Shown here one piece after another: positions 53,600 through 64,000 of a stretch of 64,000 bases of DNA (the first letter of the stretch is position 1; each line of letters begins with the position of its first letter). The notes under the pieces were generated by a model. It made no database searches, was not told where the DNA came from, and saw nothing but the letters and a program-made list of their open reading frames with translations. The DNA is taken from positions 705,690 to 769,689 of the forward strand of contig CM082595.2 of NCBI GenBank assembly GCA_040954595.2. The letters are read 5' to 3'. The stretch comes from Balanoglossus misakiensis (Eukaryota; Animalia; Hemichordata). The translations under genes were made by a program, and so were the position numbers.

Positions 53600-56500
53600 A
53601 CAAAAATCATGGGTTATTGCCCATGATTTTCATCAAAAAATCACAATTTTCCGACTTTTTTAATTTTCAAAATTTGGCCATTTTTCACAAAAATCATGGG
53701 TTATAGCCCATGATTTTCATCAAAAAATCACAATTTTCCGACTTTTTTAATTTTCAAAATTTGGCCATTTTTCACAAAAATCATGGGTTATAGCCCATGA
53801 TTTTCATCGAAAAATCACAATTTTCCGACTTTTTTAATTTTCAAAATTTGGCCATTTTTCACAAAAATCATGGGTTATAGCCCATGATTTTCATCGAAAA
53901 ATCACAATTTTCCGACTTTTTTAATTTTCAAAATTTGGCCATTTTTCACAAAAATCATGGGTTATAGCCCATGATTTTCATCGAAAAATCACAATTTTCC
54001 GACTTTTTTAATTTTCAAAATTTGGCCATTTTTCACAAAAATCATGGGTTATAGACCATGATTTTCATCGAAAAATCACAATTTTCCGACTTTTTTAATT
54101 TTCAAAATTTGGCCATTTTTCACAAAAATCATGGGTTATAGCCCATGATTTTCATCGAAAAATCACAATTTTCCGACTTTTTTAATTTTCAAAATTTGGC
54201 CATTTTTCACAAAAATCATGGGTTATAGCCCATGATTTTCATCGAAAAATCACAATTTTCCGACTTTTTTAATTTTCAAAATTTGGCCATTTTTCACAAA
54301 AATCATGGGTTATAGCCCATGATTTTCATCGAAAAATCACAATTTTCCGACTTTTTTAATTTTCAAAATTTGGCCATTTTTCACAAAAATCATGGGTTAT
54401 AGCCCATGATTTTCATCGAAAAATCACAATTTTCCGACTTTTTTAATTTTCAAAATTTGGCCATTTTTCACAAAAATCATGGGTTATAGCCCATGATTTT
54501 CATCAAAAAATCACAATTTTCCGACTTTTTTAATTTTCAAAATTTGGCCATTTTTCACAAAAATCATGGGTTATAGCCCATGATTTTCATCAAAAAATCA
54601 CAATTTTCCGACTTTTTTAATTTTCAAAATTTGGCCATTTTTCACAAAAATCATGGGTTATAGCCCATGATTTTCATCGAAAAATCACAATTTTCCGACT
54701 TTTTTAATTTTCAAAATTTGGCCATTTTTCACAAAAATCATGGGTTATAGCCCATGATTTTCATCGAAAAATCACAATTTTCCGACTTTTTTAATTTTCA
54801 AAATTTGGCCATTTTTCACAAAAATCATGGGTTATAGCCCATGATTTTCATCGAAAAATCACAATTTTCCGACTTTTTTAATTTTCAAAATTTGGCCATT
54901 TTTCACAAAAATCATGGGTTATAGCCCATGATTTTCATCGAAAAATCACAATTTTCCGACTTTTTTAATTTTCAAAATTTGGCCATTTTTCACAAAAATC
55001 ATGGGTTATAGCCCATGATTTTCATCGAAAAATCACAATTTTCCGACTTTTTTAATTTTCAAAATTTGGCCATTTTTCACAAAAATCATGGGTTATAGCC
55101 CATGATTTTCATCGAAAAATCACAATTTTCCGACTTTTTTAATTTTCAAAATTTGGCCATTTTTCACAAAAATCATGGGTTATAGCCCATGATTTTCATC
55201 GAAAAATCACAATTTTCCGACTTTTTTAATTTTCAAAATTTGGCCATTTTTCACAAAAATCATGGGTTATAGCCCATGATTTTCATCGAAAAATCACAAT
55301 TGTCCGACTTTTTTAATTTTCAAAATTTGGCCATTTTTCACAAAAATCATGGGTTATAGCCCATGATTTTCATCGAAAAATCACAATTGTCCGACTTTTT
55401 TAATTTTCAAAATTTGGCCATTTTTCACAAAAATCATGGGTTATAGCCCATGATTTTCATCGAAAAATCACAATTGTCCGACTTTTTTAATTTTCAAAAT
55501 TTGGCCATTTTTCACAAAAATCATGGGTTATAGCCCATGATTTTCCTCAAAAAATCACAATTTTCCGACTTTTTTAATTTTCAAAATTTGGCCATTTTTC
55601 ACAAAAATCATGGGTTATAGCCCATGATTTTCCTCAAAAAATCACAATTTTCCGACTTTTTTAATTTTCAAAATTTGGCCATTTTTCACAAAAATCATGG
55701 GTTATAGCCCATGATTTTCATCAAAAAATCACAATTTTCCGACTTTTTTAATTTTCAAAATTTGGCCATTTTTCACAAAAATCATGGGTTATAGCCCATG
55801 ATTTTCATCGAAAAATCACAATTTTCCGACTTTTTTAATTTTCAAAATTTGGCCATTTTTCACAAAAATCATGGGTTATAGCCCATGATTTTCATCGAAA
55901 AATCACAATTTTCCGACTTTTTTAATTTTCAAAATTTGGCCATTTTTCACAAAAATCATGGGTTATAGCCCATGATTTTCATCGAAAAATCACAATTTTC
56001 CGACTTTTTTAATTTTCAAAATTTGGCCATTTTTCACAAAAATCATGGGTTATAGCCCATGATTTTCATCGAAAAATCACAATTTTCCGACTTTTTTAAT
56101 TTTCAAAATTTGGCCATTTTTCACAAAAATCATGGGTTATAGCCCATGATTTTCATCGAAAAATCACAATTTTCCGACTTTTTTAATTTTCAAAATTTGG
56201 CCATTTTTCACAAAAATCATGGGTTATAGCCCATGATTTTCATCGAAAAATCACAATTTTCCGACTTTTTTAATTTTCAAAATTTGGCCATTTTTCACAA
56301 AAATCATGGGTTATAGCCCATGATTTTCATCGAAAAATCACAATTTTCCGACTTTTTTAATTTTCAAAATTTGGCCATTTTTCACAAAAATCATGGGTTA
56401 TAGCCCATGATTTTCATCGAAAAATCACAATTTTCCGACTTTTTTAATTTTCAAAATTTGGCCATTTTTCACAAAAATCATGGGTTATAGCCCATGATTT

Positions 56501-57934
56501 TCATCGAAAAATCACAATTTTCCGACTTTTTTAATTTTCAAAATTTGGCCATTTTTCACAAAAATCATGGGTTATAGCCCATGATTTTCATCAAAAAATC
56601 ACAATTTTCCGACTTTTTTAATTTTCAAAATTTGGCCATTTTTCACAAAAATCATGGGTTATAGCCCATGATTTTCATCAAAAAATCACAATTTTCCGAC
56701 TTTTTTAATTTTCAAAATTTGTCCATTTTTCACAAAAATCATGGGTTATAGCCCATGATTTTCATCGAAAAATCACAATTTTCCGACTTTTTTAATTTTC
56801 AAAATTTGGCCATTTTTCACAAAAATCATGGGTTATAGCCCATGATTTTCATCGAAAAATCACAATTTTCCGACTTTTTTAATTTTCAAAATTTGTCCAT
56901 TTTTCACAAAAATCATGGGTTATAGCCCATGATTTTCATCGAAAAATCACAATTTTCCGACTTTTTTAATTTTCAAAATTTGGCCATTTTTCACAAAAAT
57001 CATGGGTTATAGCCCATGATTTTCATCGAAAAATCACAATTTTCCGACTTTTTTAATTTTCAAAATTTGGCCATTTTTCACAAAAATCATGGGTTATAGC
57101 CCATGATTTTCATCGAAAAATCACAATTTTCCGACTTTTTTAATTTTCAAAATTTGGCCATTTTTCACAAAAATCATGGGTTATAGCCCATGATTTTCAT
57201 CGAAAAATCACAATTTTCCGACTTTTTTAATTTTCAAAATTTGGCCATTTTTCACAAAAATCATGGGTTATAGCCCATGATTTTCATCGAAAAATCACAA
57301 TTTTCCGACTTTTTTAATTTTCAAAATTTGGCCATTTTTCACAAAAATCATGGGTTATAGCCCATGATTTTCATCGAAAAATCACAATTGTCCGACTTTT
57401 TTAATTTTCAAAATTTGGCCATTTTTCACAAAAATCATGGGTTATAGCCCATGATTTTCATCAAAAAATCACAATTTTCCGACTTTTTTAATTTTCAAAA
57501 TTTGGCCATTTTTCACAAAAATCATGGGTTATAGCCCATGATTTTCATCAAAAAATCACAATTTTCCGACTTTTTTAATTTTCAAAATTTGGCCATTTTT
57601 CACAAAAATCATGGGTTATAGCCCATGATTTTCATCAAAAAATCACAATTTTCCGACTTTTTTAATTTTCAAAATTTGGCCATTTTTCACAAAAATCATG
57701 GGTTATAGCCCATGATTTTCATCAAAAAATCACAATTTTCCGACTTTTTTAATTTTCAAAATTTGGCCATTTTTCACAAAAATCATGGGTTATAGCCCAT
57801 GATTTTCATCAAAAAATCACAATTTTCCGACTTTTTTAATTTTCAAAATTTGGCCATTTTTCACAAAAATCATGGGTTATAGCCCATGATTTTCATCGAA
57901 AAATCACAATTTTCCGACTTTTTTAATTTTCAAA
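53600..57934 (-). repeat. Satellite B block, about 50 x 87 bp
   Basis: 87-bp period, same orientation as 44354-52268. Confidence 0.95.
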
Positions 57935-57989
57935 TTAAATTTGCGGTATGGCTCGTACAAACACAGGATGATGAAGGGGTTGATGACTG
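57935..57989 (-). other. 55-bp linker (copy 2, reverse complement of copy 1)
   Basis: TTAAATTTGCGGTATGGCTCGTACAAACACAGGATGATGAAGGGGTTGATGACTG with the same breakpoints in B. Confidence 0.9.
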
Positions 57990-60900
57990 AATGGCCAAAT
58001 TTTGAAAATTAAAAAAGTCGGAAAATTGTGATTTTTTGATGAAAATCATGGGTTATAACCCATGATTTTTGTGAAAAATGGCCAAATTTTGAAAATTAAA
58101 AAAGTCGGAAAATTGTGATTTTTCGATGAAAATCATGGGCTATAACCCATGATTTTTGTGAAAAATGGCCAAATTTTGAAAATTAAAAAAGTCGGAAAAT
58201 TGTGATTTTTTGATGAAAATCATGGGCTATAACCCATGATTTTTGTGAAAAATGGCCAAATTTTGAAAATTAAAAAAGTCGGAAAATTGTGATTTTTTGA
58301 TGAAAATCATGGGCTATAACCCATGATTTTTGTGAAAAATGGCCAAATTTTGAAAATTAAAAAAGTCGGAAAATTGTGATTTTTTGATGAAAATCATGGG
58401 CTATAACCCATGATTTTTGTGAAAAATGGCCAAATTTTGAAAATTAAAAAAGTCGGAAAATTGTGATTTTTTGATGAAAATCATGGGCTATAACCCATGA
58501 TTTTTGTGAAAAATGGCCAAATTTTGAAAATTAAAAAAGTCGGAAAATTGTGATTTTTTGATGAAAATCATGGGCTATAACCCATGATTTTTGTGAAAAA
58601 TGGCCAAATTTTGAAAATTAAAAAAGTCGGACAATTGTGATTTTTTGATGAAAATCATGGGCTATAACCCATGATTTTTGTGAAAAATGGCCAAATTTTG
58701 AAAATTAAAAAAGTCGGACAATTGTGATTTTTTGATGAAAATCATGGGCTATAACCCATGATTTTTGTGAAAAATGGCCAAATTTTGAAAATTAAAAAAG
58801 TCGGACAATTGTGATTTTTTGATGAAAATCATGGGCTATAACCCATGATTTTTGTGAAAAATGGCCAAATTTTGAAAATTAAAAAAGTCGGACAATTGTG
58901 ATTTTTTGATGAAAATCATGGGCTATAACCCATGATTTTTGTGAAAAATGGCCAAATTTTGAAAATTAAAAAAGTCGGACAATTGTGATTTTTTGATGAA
59001 AATCATGGGCTATAACCCATGATTTTTGTGAAAAATGGCCAAATTTTGAAAATTAAAAAAGTCGGAAAATTGTGATTTTTTGATGAAAATCATGGGCTAT
59101 AACCCATGATTTTTGTGAAAAATGGCCAAATTTTGAAAATTAAAAAAGTCGGAAAATTGTGATTTTTTGATGAAAATCATGGGCTATAACCCATGATTTT
59201 TGTGAAAAATGGCCAAATTTTGAAAATTAAAAAAGTCGGAAAATTGTGATTTTTTGATGAAAATCATGGGCTATAACCCATGATTTTTGTGAAAAATGGC
59301 CAAATTTTGAAAATTAAAAAAGTCGGAAAATTGTGATTTTTTGATGAAAATCATGGGCTATAACCCATGATTTTTGTGAAAAATGGCCAAATTTTGAAAA
59401 TTAAAAAAGTCGGAAAATTGTGATTTTTTGATGAAAATCATGGGCTATAACCCATGATTTTTGTGAAAAATGGCCAAATTTTGAAAATTAAAAAAGTCGG
59501 AAAATTGTGATTTTTTGATGAAAATCATGGGCTATAACCCATGATTTTTGTGAAAAATGGCCAAATTTTGAAAATTAAAAAAGTCGGAAAATTGTGATTT
59601 TTTGATGAAAATCATGGGCTATAACCCATGATTTTTGTGAAAAATGGCCAAATTTTGAAAATTAAAAAAGTCGGAAAATTGTGATTTTTTGATGAAAATC
59701 ATGGGCTATAACCCATGATTTTTGTGAAAAATGGCCAAATTTTGAAAATTAAAAAAGTCGGAAAATTGTGATTTTTTGATGAAAATCATGGGCTATAACC
59801 CATGATTTTTGTGAAAAATGGCCAAATTTTGAAAATTAAAAAAGTCGGAAAATTGTGATTTTTTGATGAAAATCATGGGCTATAACCCATGATTTTTGTG
59901 AAAAATGGCCAAATTTTGAAAATTAAAAAAGTCGGACAATTGTGATTTTTTGATGAAAATCATGGGCTATAACCCATGATTTTTGTGAAAAATGGCCAAA
60001 TTTTGAAAATTAAAAAAGTCGGACAATTGTGATTTTTTGATGAAAATCATGGGCTATAACCCATGATTTTTGTGAAAAATGGCCAAATTTTGAAAATTAA
60101 AAAAGTCGGACAATTGTGATTTTTTGATGAAAATCATGGGCTATAACCCATGATTTTTGTGAAAAATGGCCAAATTTTGAAAATTAAAAAAGTCGGACAA
60201 TTGTGATTTTTTGATGAAAATCATGGGCTATAACCCATGATTTTTGTGAAAAATGGCCAAATTTTGAAAATTAAAAAAGTCGGACAATTGTGATTTTTTG
60301 ATGAAAATCATGGGCTATAACCCATGATTTTTGTGAAAAATGGCCAAATTTTGAAAATTAAAAAAGTCGGAAAATTGTGATTTTTTGATGAAAATCATGG
60401 GCTATAACCCATGATTTTTGTGAAAAATGGCCAAATTTTGAAAATTAAAAAAGTCGGAAAATTGTGATTTTTTGATGAAAATCATGGGCTATAACCCATG
60501 ATTTTTGTGAAAAATGGCCAAATTTTGAAAATTAAAAAAGTCGGAAAATTGTGATTTTTTGATGAAAATCATGGGCTATAACCCATGATTTTTGTGAAAA
60601 ATGGCCAAATTTTGAAAATTAAAAAAGTCGGAAAATTGTGATTTTTTGATGAAAATCATGGGCTATAACCCATGATTTTTGTGAAAAATGGCCAAATTTT
60701 GAAAATTAATAAAGTCGGAAAATTGTGATTTTTTGATGAAAATCATGGGCTATAACCCATGATTTTTGTGAAAAATGGCCAAATTTTGAAAATTAAAAAA
60801 GTCGGAAAATTGTGATTTTTTGATGAAAATCATGGGCTATAACCCATGATTTTTGTGAAAAATGGCCAAATTTTGAAAATTAAAAAAGTCGGAAAATTGT

Positions 60901-61900
60901 GATTTTTCGATGAAAATCATGGGCTATAACCCATGATTTTTGTGAAAAATGGCCAAATTTTGAAAATTAAAAAAGTCGGAAAATTGTGATTTTTTGATGA
61001 AAATCATGGGCTATAACCCATGATTTTTGTGAAAAATGGCCAAATTTTGAAAATTAAAAAAGTCGGAAAATTGTGATTTTTCGATGATTTTCATGGGCTA
61101 TAACCCATGATTTTTGTGAAAAATGGCCAAATTTTGAAAATTAAAAAAGTCGGAAAATTGTGATTTTTCGATGAAAATCATGGGCTATAACCGATGATTT
61201 TTGTGAAAAATGGCCAAATTTTGAAAATTAAAAAAGTCGGAAAATTGTGATTTTTCGATGAAAATCATGGGCTATAACCCATGATTTTTGTGAAAAATGG
61301 CCAAATTTTGAAAATTAAAAAAGTCGGAAAATTGTGATTTTTCGATGAAAATCATGGGCTATAACCCATGATTTTTGTGAAAAATGGCCAAATTTTGAAA
61401 ATTAAAAAAGTCGGAAAATTGTGATTTTTCGATGAAAATCATGGTCTATAACCCATGATTTTTGTGAAAAATGGCCAAATTTTGAAAATTAAAAAAGTCG
61501 GAAAATTGTGATTTTTCGATGAAAATCATGGGCTATAACCCATGATTTTTGTGAAAAATGGCCAAATTTTGAAAATTAAAAAAGTCGGAAAATTGTGATT
61601 TTTCGATGAAAATCATGGGCTATAACCCATGATTTTTGTGAAAAATGGCCAAATTTTGAAAATTAAAAAAGTCGGAAAATTGTGATTTTTCGATGAAAAT
61701 CATGGGCTATAACCCATGATTTTTGTGAAAAATGGCCAAATTTTGAAAATTAAAAAAGTCGGAAAATTGTGAGTTTTCGATGAAAATCATGGGCTATAAG
61801 CCATGATTTTTGTGAAAAATGGCCAAATTTTGAAAATTAAAAAAGTCGGAAAATTGTGATTTTTTGATGAAAATCATGGGCTATAACCCATGATTTTTGT
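57990..61900 (+). repeat. Satellite B block, about 45 x 87 bp, opposite orientation
   Basis: 87-bp period; ends in CCCATGATTTTTGT|AAAATCACC, the reverse complement of the A/B junction. Confidence 0.95.
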
Positions 61901-63968
61901 AAAATCACCCAGAAATGACAATTTTTCGACTTTGCGGATTTTCGAAATTTGGTGATTTTTCGAGAAAAACCATGGGTTATAGCTCATGAAAATCACCCAG
62001 AAATGACAATTTTTCGACTTTGCGGATTTTCGAAATTTGGTGATTTTTCGAGAAAAACCATGGGTTATAGCTCATGAAAATCACCCAGAAATGACAATTT
62101 TTCGACTTTGCGGATTTTCGAAATTTGGTGATTTTTCGAGAAAAACCATGGGTTATAGCTCATGAAAATCACCCAGAAATGACAATTTTTCGACTTTGCG
62201 GATTTTCGAAATTTGGTGATTTTTCGAGAAAAACCATGGGTTATAGCTCATGAAAATCACCCAGAAATGACAATTTTTCGACTTTGCGGATTTTCGAAAT
62301 TTGGTGATTTTTCGAGAAAAACCATGGGTTATAGCTCATGAAAATCACCCAGAAATGACAATTTTTCGACTTTGCGGATTTTCGAAATTTGGTGATTTTT
62401 CGAGAAAAACCATGGGTTATAGCTCATGAAAATCACCCAGAAATGACAATTTTTCGACTTTGCGGATTTTCGAAATTTGGTGATTTTTCGAGAAAAACCA
62501 TGGGTTATAGCTCATGAAAATCACCCAGAAATGACAATTTTTCGACTTTGCGGATTTTCGAAATTTGGTGATTTTTCGAGAAAAACCATGGGTTATAGCT
62601 CATGAAAATCACCCAGAAATGACAATTTTTCGACTTTGCGGATTTTCGAAATTTGGTGATTTTTCGAGAAAAACCATGGGTTATAGCTCATGAAAATCAC
62701 CCAGAAATGACAGTTTTTCGACTTTGCGGATTTTCGAAATTTGGTGATTTTTCGAGAAAAACCATGGGTTATAGCTCATGAAAATCACCCAGAAATGACA
62801 ATTTTTCGACTTTGCGGATTTTCGAAATTTGGTGATTTTTCGAGAAAAACCATGGGTTATAGCTCATGAAAATCACCCAGACATGTCAATTTTTCGACTT
62901 TGCGGATTTTCGAAATTTGGTGATTTTTCGAGAAAAACCATGGGTTATAGCTCATGAAAATCACCCAGAAATGACAATTTTTCGAATTTGCGGATTTTCG
63001 AAATTTGGTGATTTTTCGAGAAAAACCATGGGTTATAGCTCATGAAAATCACCCAGAAATGACAATTTTTCGACTTTGCGGATTTTCGAAATTTGGTGAT
63101 TTTTCGAGAAAAACCATGGGTTATAGCTCATGAAAATCACCCAGAAATGACAATTTTTCGACTTTGCGGATTTTCGAAATTTGGTGATTTTTCGAGAAAA
63201 ACCATGGGTTATAGCTCATGAAAATCACCCAGAAATGACAATTTTTCGACTTTGCGGATTTTCGAAATTTGGTGATTTTTCGAGAAAAACCATGGGTTAT
63301 AGCTCATGAAAATCATCCAGAAATGTCAATTTTTCGACTTCGCGAAATTTCAAAATTTGGTGGTTTTTCGACAAAAACCATGGGTTATAGCTCATGAAAA
63401 TCATCCAGAAATGTCAATTTTTCGACTTCGCGAAATTTCCAAATTTGGTGGTTTTTCGAGAAAAACCATGGGTTATACCTCATGAAAATCACCCAGAAAT
63501 GACAATTTTTCGACTTCGCGGATTTTCGAAATTTGGTGATTTTTCGAGAAAAACCATGGGTTATAGCTCATGAAAATCACCCAGAAATGACAATTTTTCG
63601 ACTTTGCGGATTTTCGAAATTTGGTGATTTTTGGAGAAAATCCATGGGTTATAGCTCATGAAAATCACCCAGAAATGACAATTTTTCGACTTCGCGGATT
63701 TTCGAAATTTGGTGATTTTTCGACAAAAACCATGGGTTATAGCCCATGATTTTCATCAAAAAATCACAATTTTCCGACTTTTTTAATTTTCAAAATTTGG
63801 CCATTTTTCACAAAAATCATGGGTTATAGCCCATGATTTTCATCAAAAAATCACAATTTTCCGACTTTTTTAATTTTCAAAATTTGGCCATTTTTCACAA
63901 AAATCATGGGTTATAGCCCATGATTTTCATCAAAAAATCACAATTTTCCGACTTTTTTAATTTTCAAA
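61901..63968 (-). repeat. Inverted A block (about 21 x 88 bp, to about 63730) followed by about 2.7 B monomers
   Basis: Reverse complement of the 52324-53599 arrangement, with more A copies. Confidence 0.92.
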
Positions 63969-64000
63969 TTAAATTTGCGGTATGGCTCGTACAAATACAG
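63969..64000 (-). other. Linker copy 3 (truncated by window end)
   Basis: TTAAATTTGCGGTATGGCTCGTACAAATACAG; one substitution versus copy 2. Confidence 0.88.

Larger units (their letters stand above)
41108..64000. repeat. Composite satellite DNA array (88-bp family A plus 87-bp family B), runs off the window end
   Basis: A monomer AACCCATGGTTTTTGTCGAAAAACCACCAAATTTTGAAATTTCGCGAAGTCGAAAAATTGACATTTCTGGATGATTTTCATGAGCTAT (88 bp). B monomer AAAAATCATGGGTTATAGCCCATGATTTTCATCGAAAAATCACAATTTTCCGACTTTTTTAATTTTCAAAATTTGGCCATTTTTCAC (87 bp). The reverse complement of B aligns to A at about 69/88 positions. Confidence 0.98.

Noticed and set aside
41108-64000. CRISPR-like array (palindromic repeats)
   Set aside because: Sequence between the dyads is identical from unit to unit, so there are no unique spacers; no cas genes; eukaryotic context.

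Overview
Eukaryotic, AT-rich animal genomic DNA with short GT-AG introns (gene content suggests a marine invertebrate; this is inference). 1-15 kb is mostly non-coding. 15.2-34.3 kb (+) is a complete 31-exon P5B-type ATPase gene (ATP13A3-like, 1240 aa by my exon assembly) with a hexapeptide uORF overlapping its start codon. 36.8-38.0 kb (-) is CCSAP (3 coding exons). 39.0-40.4 kb (+) is a 3-exon NADPH-dependent FMN reductase, divergent from CCSAP. 40.8-41.1 kb (-) is the last exon of a YHYH-domain protein, cut mid-domain by a satellite array. That array fills 41.1-64.0 kb and consists of two related monomers (A, 88 bp; B, 87 bp; about 78% identical by hand alignment) in blocks of alternating orientation. 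Three junction types recur exactly, one of them a 55-bp non-satellite linker at fold-back points. All homology calls come from motif recognition, not database searches.
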